A stretch of 64,000 bases of DNA, taken from the NCBI GenBank assembly GCA_963816185.1, contig CAWFJJ010000025.1, positions 224,001 through 288,000 of the forward strand, given 5' to 3'. Source of the DNA: Thermoanaerobaculia bacterium (lineage in GTDB: Bacteria > Acidobacteriota > Thermoanaerobaculia > UBA5066). Below are positions 10,476 through 21,688 of the stretch, piece by piece. The first letter of the stretch is position 1, and each line of letters starts with the position of its first letter. Position numbers and translations under genes: made by a program. The notes below the pieces were generated by a model. It was not told the origin of the DNA and made no database searches. It worked only from the letters and a program-made list of their open reading frames with translations.

Positions 10476-11003
10476 TCAGGGTCTCGGGGGGAACCCTTCG
10501 AAGATCTTGTCGACGGCTTGCTGAACTTTCTCCTCACGCGTCTGGGGCGACTCGTCGGGATCCACGACCCGCGACGCGCTGCCGCGAAACACGAGCTCCT
10601 TGGCCTTCGTGTCGACGAGGTCTACGACGAGCGTGCCGACCGGAATCTGCTCGACTCGGGCCGACGTCCAGTACGGACCGCGCCAGCGCCAGCCCCAGCC
10701 CCAACCGGAGCTCCAGGTCGTCACCTGCGTCTGACTGTGCGTGCGCGTGTGCAGGACGACCCACAGATCGGGCGTCCCGCCGGGAACCTCGGAGTATCCG
10801 CGCGAGGACAGGGTTCTCACGACGGCCGCTCGCACCCTCTTCATTGCGATCGGGCTCCGAAACTCCCGCACGTCCTTGAAAGCGAACGTGTGGTACGAGG
10901 AGAAGTTGGCGCCTCGGTCGAAATCGACGTGCGTCTCGATGCTCGAGCAGCCCGCGAGAAACAGGACGGCGAGAACGGGAACGAGAAGGGGTGCCTTCTT
11001 CAC
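10476..11003 (-). CDS. DUF4136-like lipoprotein
   Basis: Lipobox LAGC; DFDRGANFSSYHTF; W/G-rich segment; GTLVVDLVD; GTG start with GGAGG. Confidence 0.8.
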   Translation of the reverse strand: MKKAPLLVPVLAVLFLAGCSSIETHVDFDRGANFSSYHTFAFKDVREFRSPIAMKRVRAAVVRTLSSRGYSEVPGGTPDLWVVLHTRTHSQTQVTTWSSGWGWGWRWRGPYWTSARVEQIPVGTLVVDLVDTKAKELVFRGSASRVVDPDESPQTREEKVQQAVDKIFEGFPPRP

Positions 11004-11118
11004 GTGACCACCTCCATAGGGGGAGACGTGCAAGACGCTTGCCGGGTTTACGTGCTTCCCCTGGGAGACGACCCCTCTCGTGCTCCGCATCACACGGTCG
11101 CCGGCCCGGTCGAGGAGA

Positions 11119-12282
11119 TCAAGTCTCGAGCCGCAAGAGGAACGCCGCGAAGATCACGAGAAGGATCAGGAGAGCGCAGGAGACTCCGAGAAAGAAGAGC
11201 CAGAACGATCGGCGCTCGCCTCCCTGTGCGACATAGAGCTGGGCGCCGATCAGGTTCGCGATCGAGCCGATGGGGCTCCCGCACGCTCCGGCCGTGACCC
11301 CGTAGAGCAGCCCGCGGAAACCGAGCGGGCTCGTTGCTGCGGGCGTGAGGAGAAGGGCCGCCGGAACGTTGGAGACGACCTGCGACAGCAGCGCGCCGGA
11401 GAGGAGGAGCCCGACGGCGCGGTGGCCGAAGATGCTCGCGGGATCGAGCCGATGGTAGAGCCGACCCCGCTCGAGGCCGGGAATCCCGATGAAAAGAAGT
11501 GCGAAAACCAGCACGATCGAGAAGTCCACGTCCCGGAGCCGGCGCCCGAGGAGCAGCGCGGCAGGGAGAGCCAGCAGGAGGGGGACCTGATGCGGCAGCC
11601 GGCCGAAAAGGCTCCCGAGCTCGGCGGCGAGCAGGAGAAAGAAACCGGCGGAGAGCGTCGGGTCGACGTCGAACGCGGCGGTTGCGGGCGGCACGATGCC
11701 GCGCTGCGGAACGAAGACGAAAACCACGGCCGCGAGCAGGACGAACGAGGCTCCGATCAGCGGAATTTGCGCCTGAACGAAGGAGCCGAAGGTGAAACCT
11801 CCGCGCGCGTACAGGAACAGGTTCTGCGGGTTCCCGATCGGGGTCAAAGCCCCGAGGAGGTTCGCCGCGAGGACCTCGAGCACGACGAGCTTGTGCAGCT
11901 CGACCCCCTCGACGTCACGAAACAACATCGTGAACGGTACGACGAGGAACAGGGTGACGTCGTTCGTCAGGATGGACGACAGAAAGGCGGTGACGGCGAT
12001 CATGGCGAAGGCGAGGCCGCGCAAGGAGCGGACGTGCCGGATGACGGCGACGACGAGCCGGTCGAAGAGATCGGAGGCCTTTCCGAGCTCCACCGCGACC
12101 GTCAGAACGAGGAAGAGCGTCAGGATCCGCAGGTCCATCAGGCCGGGGATCTCGGAGAGCCGGACGTGGCCCATCGCGAGCGCCGAGAACGCAAGGGTCG
12201 CCGAACCGGTGATCAGGAAGCGCTCGAAGAGGAGGGCCCGGATGGCCGGGTGTTCGAGAAGCGCGCGGATCCGCCGTCTCAT
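11119..12282 (-). CDS. ArsB/NhaD/SLC13-type ion transporter (YbiR-like)
   Basis: Multiple TM helices; LTNDV, LTPIGNPQNL, SQVVSNVPA, GSIANLI motifs. Confidence 0.85.
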   Translation of the reverse strand: MRRRIRALLEHPAIRALLFERFLITGSATLAFSALAMGHVRLSEIPGLMDLRILTLFLVLTVAVELGKASDLFDRLVVAVIRHVRSLRGLAFAMIAVTAFLSSILTNDVTLFLVVPFTMLFRDVEGVELHKLVVLEVLAANLLGALTPIGNPQNLFLYARGGFTFGSFVQAQIPLIGASFVLLAAVVFVFVPQRGIVPPATAAFDVDPTLSAGFFLLLAAELGSLFGRLPHQVPLLLALPAALLLGRRLRDVDFSIVLVFALLFIGIPGLERGRLYHRLDPASIFGHRAVGLLLSGALLSQVVSNVPAALLLTPAATSPLGFRGLLYGVTAGACGSPIGSIANLIGAQLYVAQGGERRSFWLFFLGVSCALLILLVIFAAFLLRLET

Positions 12283-12383
12283 CGGGAGCGTTTCATCGAG
12301 GGCTCGGAGAGATTCTACGGTTCTCCGCCGGTTGACCACCCCGGCTCTTCCCGTTAATCTCCCCGTTCTCTCCGTTCCCGGGT

Positions 12384-12447
<64 letters not shown>

Positions 12448-12459
<12 letters not shown>

Positions 12460-12595
12460 TTCTCCAGTTCTGGCCCCTCGGGCCAGCACATCAAACGGCG
12501 ATCTCAAAGCGACTGAAACACTTCCGTCGGTGATCGTGTCGTTCGACACCATCGTCTTCAGCAGTCGAGCCTTTTCTGAGGGTTCCCTTCGCTCC
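12448..12595 (-). pseudogene. C-terminal remnant of a large serine recombinase overlapping the tRNA 3' end
   Basis: Minus-strand translation REPSEKARLLKTMVSNDTITDGSVSVALRSPFDVLARGARTGEWWS*; stop codon lies inside the tRNA 3' end. Confidence 0.6.
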
Positions 12596-12819
12596 GATCT
12601 GGTTGCCGGCGTCTCCGTCAACTCCCGGTGGTTTGCATAACGATATCAATCCGGACAGAATGACCGTTTACCGGCGGGGATCGAGAAAGAAACCGAGGGC
12701 GTGAATCCGGTGTCTACGCGCGACAGCCCCGAAAATTCCCATTGCCGCCTACAGCGGCCCCCCACATGAGCCGGTCCCGATATGCTTCTGCGATGACCGC
12801 AGGAAAACGGGTAGGACAA

Positions 12820-14897
12820 ATGGAGGCATTCACGAGAGGGTTCGTGGCGCTCGCGCTCGCCCTCGCGGGATCGGTGGCGGCCCAGAGCGGCGACGATCCC
12901 TTCCAGTGGCTCGAGGACGTCCATGGCGAGAAGGCCCTGAGCTGGGCCCGCCAGCACAACGCGAAGACGACGGCGGTTCTCGAGGCGCGCCCGGAGTACG
13001 GGCCGATCTACACGCGCACGCTCGAGATCCTGGACTCCAAGGAGAAGATCCCGACGCCCGAGCTCCTCGGCGACACCGTCTACAACTTCTGGCGGGACGA
13101 CGCGCACGAGCGGGGCATCTGGCGGCGCACCTCCCTCGCCTCGTACCGCTCGGCTTCCCCGCAGTGGGAGACGGTGCTCGACGTCGACGCGCTCGCGAAG
13201 GCGGACGGCAAAGCCTGGGTCTTCCACGGTGCAGACTGCCTTCGGCCGGCCAACGTGCGCTGCATGATCAGCCTCTCTCCCGGCGGCTCGGATGCTGCCG
13301 TGGTGCGCGAGTTCGACACGACCTCGAAGCAATTTGTCGCCGGCGGCTTCTCGCTGCCGGAAGCCAAGTCCCAGGTGGCCTGGCGGGACGAGGACACGGT
13401 CTGGGTCGGGACGGACTTCGGGGCCGGGTCGCTCACGGCCTCGGGATACCCGCGGATCGTGAAGCTCTGGAAACGGGGCACGCCTCTCGCTGAGGCCAGA
13501 ACCGTGTTCGAGGGCAAGCCGGAGGACGTCGCCTCCAGCGGCAGCAGCGAGATCCTGAGCGACGGGCGGTACGACGTCGTCACGCGAGTTCCGGCGCTCT
13601 ACCGGCACGAGTCATTCCTTTTGCTAGGTGACCGACTCGTCAGGCTCGACGTGCCCGAGGATTCACAGCTGCGGGGGTTCTTCCGGGACCGGCTCCTCTT
13701 TTCCCTGCGGAGCGACTGGACCGCTGGTGGCCGGACCTACAGTGCGGGCTCGCTTCTCGCCTCTTGCGTCGACGACCTCCTTCGAGGCGTCCGCCACCTC
13801 GACATCCTCTTCGAGCCGGGCGAGCGCGTCTCCCTGGCCAGTGTGGATCGCACGCGCGACCGCGTGCTGATCCAGACGCTCGACAACGTCCGAAGCCGCA
13901 TCACGGCGCTCACCCTCGAAAACGGCACCTGGAAGCGGTCCGACGTGCCGCTGCCCGGGCTGGGCACGGCGTGGTTCTCGGCCACGAGCGACCTCACGAA
14001 CACGTACTTCTTCACGTATCAGGATTTCACGACCCCGACCTCGCTTTGGCTCGCCGAGACCGGACCGGAGCCCACGAAGATCAAATCGATGCCGGCTTTC
14101 TTCGAGGCGACGGGGATCAAGACCGAGCAGCTCGAGGCGGTGTCGAAGGACGGCACGAAGATCCCGTACTTCGTCGTGACGCCGAAGGGCTTCCGGGCCG
14201 ACGGGACGGCCCCGACGCTTCTCTACGCCTACGGCGGCTTCGAGCAGTCCCTCGTGCCGCGGTACAGCGGCGTCACCGGGACCGCGTGGCTCGCGCGTGG
14301 CGGCGTGTACGTCAACGCGAACATTCGCGGCGGCGGGGAGTTCGGCCCCGCCTGGCACAAGGCGGCCGTGAAGGAACAGCACGTCCACAACTTCGAGGAT
14401 TTCTCGGCGGTGGCCCGGGACCTGATCGTCCGGAAGATCACCTCGGCGCGCCGCCTCGGGATCATGGGCGGCTCCCAAGGAGGCCTCCTCGTGGGCGGGA
14501 CCTTCACACTCTATCCGGATCTCTTTTGCGCCGTGGTGGCCCAGGTGCCGCTCGCCGACATGCGCCGCTTCAACAAGCTGCTGGCCGGCGCGAGCTGGAT
14601 GGCGGAGTATGGGGACCCTGACAAGCCCGAAGACTGGGCGTACATCCGGACCTGGTCACCCTACCAGCTCCTAAAGGCGGACGCGAAGTACCCGACGCCG
14701 TTCTACTGGACGAACACGCCGACGACCGCGTTCACCCGGCCCACGCGCGAAAGATGGTTGCGAAGATGGAGTCCCAAGGGCACCCCGTCTACTACTTCGA
14801 AAACACCGAAGGCGGGCACGGGTCCGGCGCCGTCAACAAGCAGACGGCCACGGTCACGGCGCTCCAGTTCGCGTATCTCTGGATGATGCTCCGCTGA
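12820..14897 (+). CDS. Prolyl oligopeptidase (S9A), one frameshift near 14718
   Basis: Signal peptide, DPFQWLE, YGGF, NIRGGGEFG, GGSQGG nucleophile; DDRVHPAH and EGGH continue in a shifted frame to the stop at 14897. Confidence 0.9.
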
Positions 14898-15091
14898 GTG
14901 CCGCCGTCAACTATCCGGCCGGCGGCAGCCGCGGCGGGCCCTTACAACCTCCGGCAATTCCCATTGCACCCCCTACAGGCCCGACAAAGTCTGTCCGCCT
15001 AGCGATGGGGCGCGGGATCGGTTGAAGCATCTGCATCAGCGCGTCCGACATAGGTTTGCCCTACTATGCTAAACAGGAAGTCTTTGTCTAA

Positions 15092-18037
15092 ATGCGACGC
15101 GACGACGGCCGTCGAACGCCGGGCCGGGGGCCTTTGTCCGCGCTCGACTCCCCCGAACGCTGGGCGCGCGTCCAGACCGTTTTCTGCGAAGCGGTCGAGC
15201 GCACGAGTCCGGACCGCGAGCGCTTCGTGGCAGTCGCCTGCGAAGGGGACGCGGAACTCAGGCGGGAGGTCGAGTCCCTCCTCAAGAGTGACGAAGAGGC
15301 CGGCAGCTTCATCGAAACGCCTGCGGTCGCGCCACAGACCTTGACTGCCGACTCCTCGCCAGACGGCAGGGCGCGCGATCACCATCAACCTCGACTGGAC
15401 GAAGGCGCGCGGCTCGGACCATACGAGATCGCCTCGTTCGTAGGCGCCGGCGGTATGAGCGAGGTTTATCGTGCCCGGGACGTCCGTCTCGGACGGACGG
15501 TTGCGATCAAGATCCTGCACGGCGGCGCTGGCGACGCGGCGGCGCAGGCACGGCTCGTGCGCGAAGCCCGGCACGCCTCCACGCTCAGCCATCCGAACGT
15601 GTGCACGGTCCACGACGTGCATGACGCCGGCGGCGTGCCCTTCATCGTGATGGAGTACGTCGAGGGCCCCACGCTGGGCGATCTCACCCCACCGGCCGGG
15701 CTGCCGATCGCGGAGTTGCTGGGCTACGGACTCCAGGTCGTGCAGGCGCTTGAGCACGCACACTCCCGCGGGATCGTGCACCGCGACCTCAAGGCCGCCA
15801 ACGTCGTGGTCGATGCGGATGGGCGCGCCAAGCTCCTCGACTTCGGCCTTGCGCGGCGCCTGCCCGGCGCGCTCGCGATCGCCTCCGGCTCGACGATCGA
15901 CCACGGGGCCCTGGCCGGCACGCTCTCTCACATGGCGCCCGAGGTGCTGCTCGGGCGCGACGCGGACGCGCGCGCCGACATTTGGGCGCTGGGCGTGCTC
16001 CTCTTCCAGATGGCGGCCGGCCGCCTGCCCTTCAAGGGCGAGACGCCGTTTGCGACCAGCCAGGCGATCCTGCTGGACCCGGCGCCGCGGCTGCCGGGAC
16101 ACGTGCCGCTCGCGCTGCGAATGATCATCGACGCGTGCCTCGCTAAGGATCCCGCCGAGCGATACCAGAGCGCCGCGGACGTGCGGGGCGCTCTCGAGAC
16201 GATCCACGCCGGCGGCGCCCGACGTCTCACCGTGCGGTTTCTCGCCGCGCGCGGCCTGCACGCGATCAAGAAGGGTGCCTCCGTCGCGGCCGTGCTTACG
16301 CTCCTGGCAGCCTCGGCCGCGTCGACATGGACGCATTCCGGCGACCGGAACGGACCGCATGGAGGGCCACTTCGGATCGTCGTCTTGCCCTTCGAGAACC
16401 TCGGATCCCCCGAAGACGCCTACTTCGCGAGCGGGATGACCGAAGACATCACGAGCCGCCTCGCAAACGTCCGGACCCTGGCGGTCATCTCCCGCAACAC
16501 CGCCACCCAGTACGACCGCAAGGGAAAGACGGTCGAACAGATCGGCAAGGATCTGGGCGTCGGCTTCATCCTCGAGGGCTCGGTCCGATGGGACAGGAGC
16601 GGCGGCGGTCCGGGACGCGTGCGGATCACGCCTCAGCTCATCCGGGTTTCAGACGACACGCACCTCTGGTCGGAACGCTATGACCGGCAACTCGCGGACA
16701 TCTTCGCCATCCAGGGTGCTGCGGCGGACGGCGTCGTTCGCGCGCTCAATCTCGCTCTTGCGCCGGCCGAGTCGATGGCCCTGCGTCGGCTGCCAACGCA
16801 CGACCTCGAGGCCTACGATCTTTACCTGCAGGCTCTCGAGCTGGCTAGGGGGAACTCGACCCCGTCGTCGATCGCCCGGCAGATCAAGCTGGCCGGCGCG
16901 GCCCTCGACCGGGATCCCCGGTTCGCCGAGGCGCTCGCCCAGCTGGCGCAGACGCGAATCTACAATTACTGGCTCTACTTCGACCGGAGAGAATCCGAGC
17001 TCGGGCGAGCCAGGGTCGAGGCGGAGCGCGCGGTCGCCCTGCGTCCCGATTCGGCGGAAACCCATCTGGCTCTCGGCTTCTACCACTACGGTGTTCGGCT
17101 CGACTACGAGGCTGCCCTCACGGAGTTCAACAAGGCCCTCGCATTTCAGCCGAACAACGCCCTCGTCCAAGCCTGGATCGGCTTCGTTTGGCGGCGTCAG
17201 GGGAAGATGGAGGAGGCGGAAGCGGAGCTTCAAAGGGCCGCTGACATCGACCGCGGAAACGGCGACGTAAATAACAACCTCGCGGAAACACAGACTCTGA
17301 TTCGCAAGTATTCAAACGCCTCTCGAACCTTCGAGCTGGCGACATCGCTCGACCCGCACAACGTCGTCTGGCAAGGCCGGCGGGCCTGGGTAAACGTGCA
17401 ATGGCATGGCGATGTGGCCGCCGCCGAGCAGGTTCTGAAGAAGGCGGCGGAAGTACCCAATCCGGAAGACCCGTATGGCTCCGTGACCTACTTCTCGGTG
17501 CGTACGGCACTTGTCGCTCGGGACTGGGAGGAAGCTCTTCGCCGCCTGAACGCACAGCGCCGAGAGCCCCTGGGAAGCGACCTGCAGTTAGAGTACCTTC
17601 CTATCTCGCTGCTGCGCGCCGAGGTCCTGTCGTACATGGGCCGGCAGGATCTGGCGCAGGAGTCGTTCGAAGAAGCCCGCCGCACTCTGGTGGAGAAGAT
17701 CAAGGAAGCGCCGGACGACGCGCGTTTCCATTCCTCGCTCGGGATCACGCTGGCCGGCCTCAGTCGGAGCGGCGAGGCCGTTCGAGAAGGCGAGCGCGGC
17801 CTCGCGCTGATGCCGCCGACGCGCGACGCCTTTCGGGGAGTGTTCCGAGTAGAAGATCTCGCCCGGATTTGCGCGATGGTGGGGAACCAGGAGGCCGCCA
17901 TCGAGCAACTCGACTACCTGCTGTCGCACCCCTCCTGGATTTCGGTCCCGCTGCTCAGGCTCGACCCGCGCTGGGACCCGCTCCGCAAGAACCCGAAGTT
18001 CGAGGCTCTGCTGGCGAAGTACGAGGTTAAGCTATGA
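15092..18037 (+). CDS. Hanks-type Ser/Thr kinase with TolB-like and TPR C-terminus
   Basis: GAGGMSEVY, VAIK, HRDLKAAN, DFG, APE; VLPFENL domain; N-terminal ERW...LRREVESLL segment of ECF-associated kinases. Confidence 0.93.
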   Translation: MRRDDGRRTPGRGPLSALDSPERWARVQTVFCEAVERTSPDRERFVAVACEGDAELRREVESLLKSDEEAGSFIETPAVAPQTLTADSSPDGRARDHHQPRLDEGARLGPYEIASFVGAGGMSEVYRARDVRLGRTVAIKILHGGAGDAAAQARLVREARHASTLSHPNVCTVHDVHDAGGVPFIVMEYVEGPTLGDLTPPAGLPIAELLGYGLQVVQALEHAHSRGIVHRDLKAANVVVDADGRAKLLDFGLARRLPGALAIASGSTIDHGALAGTLSHMAPEVLLGRDADARADIWALGVLLFQMAAGRLPFKGETPFATSQAILLDPAPRLPGHVPLALRMIIDACLAKDPAERYQSAADVRGALETIHAGGARRLTVRFLAARGLHAIKKGASVAAVLTLLAASAASTWTHSGDRNGPHGGPLRIVVLPFENLGSPEDAYFASGMTEDITSRLANVRTLAVISRNTATQYDRKGKTVEQIGKDLGVGFILEGSVRWDRSGGGPGRVRITPQLIRVSDDTHLWSERYDRQLADIFAIQGAAADGVVRALNLALAPAESMALRRLPTHDLEAYDLYLQALELARGNSTPSSIARQIKLAGAALDRDPRFAEALAQLAQTRIYNYWLYFDRRESELGRARVEAERAVALRPDSAETHLALGFYHYGVRLDYEAALTEFNKALAFQPNNALVQAWIGFVWRRQGKMEEAEAELQRAADIDRGNGDVNNNLAETQTLIRKYSNASRTFELATSLDPHNVVWQGRRAWVNVQWHGDVAAAEQVLKKAAEVPNPEDPYGSVTYFSVRTALVARDWEEALRRLNAQRREPLGSDLQLEYLPISLLRAEVLSYMGRQDLAQESFEEARRTLVEKIKEAPDDARFHSSLGITLAGLSRSGEAVREGERGLALMPPTRDAFRGVFRVEDLARICAMVGNQEAAIEQLDYLLSHPSWISVPLLRLDPRWDPLRKNPKFEALLAKYEVKL

Positions 18038-18220
18038 GCCTCGCCGCCGGCGCCCGCGAGTCCTTCATCCCCATTGGCTCGAACCGGCCGGGGTCGCGAA
18101 GGACGCCCACGCACTCTCCCGCTTCGAGCACGGAGCGAAGGCCGTCGCCCTCTCACACCCAAACATCCTCGCCCTTTTCGGCGTCGGCGAGACGGGTGGC
18201 GTTCACTACGCGGTCCCGGC
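18034..18220 (+). pseudogene. Degenerate Ser/Thr kinase N-terminal fragment
   Basis: Starts MSLAAGAR; a shifted frame reads AKDAHALSRFEHGAKAVALSHPNILALFGVGETGGVHYAV (kinase subdomains III-V). Confidence 0.6.
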
Positions 18221-18381
18221 GGTCTACGAGGCCCTCGGCGAGGCTGATGCTCATTTTGCTTGGACGGAGAAGGCCTTCGCCGAGCGGGTCGACAGGCTTG
18301 CGACGCGCGCCTCGGCGCTGCTGGATCGCCGTTCCGGAGCGATCCGTGACAACGCGACCTCCTCAAAAGAGTGAGCGGGCG

Positions 18382-18986
18382 ATGACGCACGCGGCCGCGG
18401 GCGATCCGGACATCACGGGCTTGCTCCTCGCGTGGAATGCCGGGGACCCGGAGGCTCTCAACCGGCTCCTCCCTGCCGTCTACGCGGAGCTGCATCGGCT
18501 GGCGCAACGCGAGCTCCTGCGCGAGCGCGCGAACCACAGCATGGAGCCGACCGCGCTCATCCACGAGCTGTACCTCGGGCTCGTCGATCAAACGGCGCGC
18601 GAAATGGGAAAACCGCGCGCAGTTCTTCGGGGTCGCGGCGCAGCTCATGCGACGGATCCTCGTCGATCACGCCCGGGCGCGGAACGCGCTCAAGCGCGGC
18701 GGCGGTGTCGCGGCCCTCCAGATCGACGCGGCCGACGACGCACCGCGGCCCGGGGGCACGTCGATCTTCTCGATCTCGACGAAGCGCTCGAGCGGTTGTC
18801 CGCCCGCAGCCCGGAACAGGGCCGCATCGTCGAGATGCGTTTCTTCGCGGGCCTCACAGTCGAAGAGACCGCCCATGTGATCGGGCGGTCTCCCCGTACG
18901 GTCAAACGCGAATGGCGGCTCGCAAGGGCGTGGCTCTTCCGGGAACTCCAGACCGATCCTCAGGGCACGCCCGGCGACGAGACTAG
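18382..18986 (+). CDS. ECF sigma factor, kinase-associated (ECF43/TIGR02999-like), frameshifted
   Basis: ITGLLLAW..GD, VYAELHRLA, EPTALIHE, NRAQFFGVAAQLMRRILVDHAR, RFFAGLTVEE, REWRLARAWL across two frames. Confidence 0.85.
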
Positions 18987-19803
18987 TCATCGTCGTCCTT
19001 GTCATCGTCATCGCTGTCAGTCGAGACGAAATCCAGTCCGTGCGGATAGCTCAGGCTCCACCGGGAACCGCGGTGACCGTCCCGCTACCGGGTTCACACG
19101 CCAGAGCGGCGAATTGGGAACGATTTCGGAGACATAGAAATTTCCGTCGTCGTCAATCGCCAGTCCCATGACCATGTTCGCCGTCAGCCCCTGAAGCTTG
19201 GTGACCAACTTAGCTTGGCCGGTTTTGCGGTTGATGCGGTAGAGCGAGTCCCAGGCGGCCCCATACATCGTGCCGTCGGGATGCCAGGCCAGGTCCATGA
19301 CGTCGCCGCAGCCGCCCGTGACGCCCACCTTCTTGGCCTCGCCGGTCTTCAAATCAAACCGGTAGAGGCTGTTCTGGTTCGTTGTACCGCTGTCCGCATT
19401 CACTCCGTAGAGTTTGCCCTGGCGGGAGAAGCCGATCCCCATGAAACTCTCCGGATTGAGGTTGACCCCGAAAGGTGTGGCCAGACCCGTCGCAGGGTTC
19501 ACGCTGGCCAGTTGCGGATTAGGACCGCCGGCGGGAAAGCCCTGCGTCACGGTGTAGAACGTGCCTTTATGCTTGCCTTTATGACTGATCGCAATGGCGA
19601 ATGCCTCGGACGTCAAAGTTTCCGATCTCCGTCACGGTGCCGGCACCGACATCGATTCTGACCAACGTGGACCCGCCATTTGTCGTGGCATAGAGAATTG
19701 GCTCGTGTCCACGAGGCCGAGGGCATCGGTCGGCGTCCAGGACTGTCGTGAAGGCCAACAGGGCGACAGCCGCGAGAGTTGCGATGAAGTGAAGTTTTTT
19801 CAT
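18983..19803 (-). CDS. Secreted beta-propeller-like protein, frameshifted
   Basis: Signal peptide MKKLHFIATLAAVALLAF; repeated blades (GIGFSRQGKLYG, DLAWHPDGTMYG, GLAIDDDGNFY); acidic tail. Confidence 0.6.
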
Positions 19804-20667
19804 GGGTTCGGTCCTCTTTCTTCTGTGGTTGAGTGAAGGCGGCGATCGAACAACAACTCCGGAGCTGACCTCTGTGTAGATACGCGGAAACGCGTGCCGA
19901 TCGGGGCCAGCCCGTTTGCGGCCCCGCGTCACGTCCGAGAGGGGCTCCCGAGAATCAGGAAGGAGAAACGTCCGTCCGCGGCGTGATTCCGAGCCACAGG
20001 AGCCCGCCCACCGCCGAGAGGAACGACGCCACGTGGAGCGCGTTCTCCCAGCCCATCGACGCCGCGAGGACCAGCGTGAGCGCCGGCGAGAAACGCACCG
20101 GCTGAGGTCGCTTCCCGTTGCGCTCGCTCTCGCCTGCGGGCTCGGGCTCTTCTACGCATCATCTCCGGCCCGGCGGGCCTGGGTCGCCTGCCTCCCGGCC
20201 GTCGACGCCAACCCGTCGCGGTGCTGCTCGGCTTATGGTCGGACTGGATGCTCCACCCGCTTCGGGGTCCGTTTGCAGGCGCGCTGCTAATGATGCCGGT
20301 CACCGATCGCGATCGTCCTCGCGGCTGTGGAGACGGCGGCGCTTGAGGGCCAGCCCGCCTCCCGCCGGCGATTTGAAGACGAAGGTCTTCATGCGCCGTC
20401 GGTCTAACATGTCTTCCACCACCGGCAGTTCGATAATCGAGCAGGATGCTCCACCACTGATTTCAAAGAGAGTTAACGCCACTTCGTAAGTCCCGCCCAG
20501 ACCTTTCCGCGTCACCCGCTGACGATCACTCGAGTGATCCCTCCTCAAGGGAGGAGCGGAAGGATCTCTTCTCGAGGGAGGAGCGGAGGCCGAAGGGTGA
20601 ATTTCCAGACGTTTAGTGGACGGGCTACCTGAGTACGCTCCGCTATAGCCTTGAAGTCACTTTCTCA

Positions 20668-20748
20668 TCACCCTGCATCGCCGCGGCCGGCCGCCTCTCC
20701 GTCGAGCACCTCGCGCACCTTGCACGCGAGCGCGAGCGTTGAGTAAGG
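20668..20748 (-). pseudogene. C-terminal tail of a receiver domain truncated at the IS end
   Basis: Reads PYSTLALACKVREVLDGEAAGRGDAG*, like KPFNERALTAKLREVLD at the end of the 5707 hybrid kinase. Confidence 0.55.
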
Positions 20749-20778
20749 TGAATCGCCCCGGGTTTCCCGGAGGCCGGT

Positions 20779-21688
20779 TTACTTGAGTCCGGCCACCATG
20801 GCCTGGGCTTGCTGACTTCGATAGTACGCCTCCTCGTACTCCGCAGGCGGCACGTAGCCGATCGGTTCGAGCAGCCGCCGGTTGTTGAACCAGTCGACCC
20901 ATTCGAGGGTCGCGAACTCGACGGCGTCGATGTTCCGCCACGGCCCTCGACGTCGGATGACCTCAGTCTTGTACAGGCCGATGACTCGTCTCAGCGAGCG
21001 CGTTGTCGTACGAGTCGCCGACGCTGCCGACCGAGCGCTCGATGCCCGCCTCTGCGAGTCGCTCGGTGTAGCGAATGGAGAGGTACTGCATGCCGCGATC
21101 GCTGTGATGCACGAGCCGTTCGCGCCGCGCCTGACGTGAAGCGCCTGCTCGAGCGCGTCGAGAGCGAGATCGCTGCGCAGCGAGCTCGAGACCCGCCAGC
21201 CGACGATGCTGCGCGAGAAGACGTCGATGACGAACGCGACGTAGACGAAGCCTGCCCACGTCGCGACGTAGGTGATGTCGGCGACCCAGAGCTGGTTCGG
21301 TCGCGTCGCCGAGAAGTCGCGCTTCACGAGGTCCGGCGGGCGTGCGGCCGAGCTCGTCGACCACGGTCGTGATGGTGAACGCCCGACCACGCACCGCGCC
21401 TCGAGGCCCATCCCGCGCATCAGCCGCTCGACCGTGCAGCGGGCGACGTCGCTGGCCTTCCCTGCGCAGCTGCTTCCAGACCTTCTCGGCGCCGTAGACC
21501 TCGAGGTTCTCGTCCAGACGCGCTGAATCTCCGGCTGCAGCTGCTCATCGCGCTTGGCTCGCGCCGGCCGCAGTCCGGGATCGCCTGCGAGCCCGGTGCT
21601 CGTAGTAGGTCGACGGGGCGATCGGCAGCACGCGCAGATCGGCTCGACCCCGTACTCGCTCGCGATGCTCATCGATGAACGCCACCAT
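20779..21688 (-). CDS. IS3 transposase OrfB (DDE/rve), with indels
   Basis: PNQLWVADITYV, VIDVFSR, HHSDRG, SYDNALAE, WVDWFNNRR; TGATG coupling to orfA. Confidence 0.9.

Noticed and set aside
12470-12486. Hairpin CTGGCCC-CTC-GGGCCAG as tRNA terminator
   Set aside because: No U-tract, and it lies within the recombinase remnant
14897-14950. attC site after the peptidase stop (GCCGTCAAC...)
   Set aside because: Not RYYYAAC, and no matching GTTRRRY or paired L boxes
18983-19015. C-terminal DSDDDDKDDDD containing the enterokinase/FLAG-like DDDDK
   Set aside because: No DYK, no vector context; most simply a natural acidic tail
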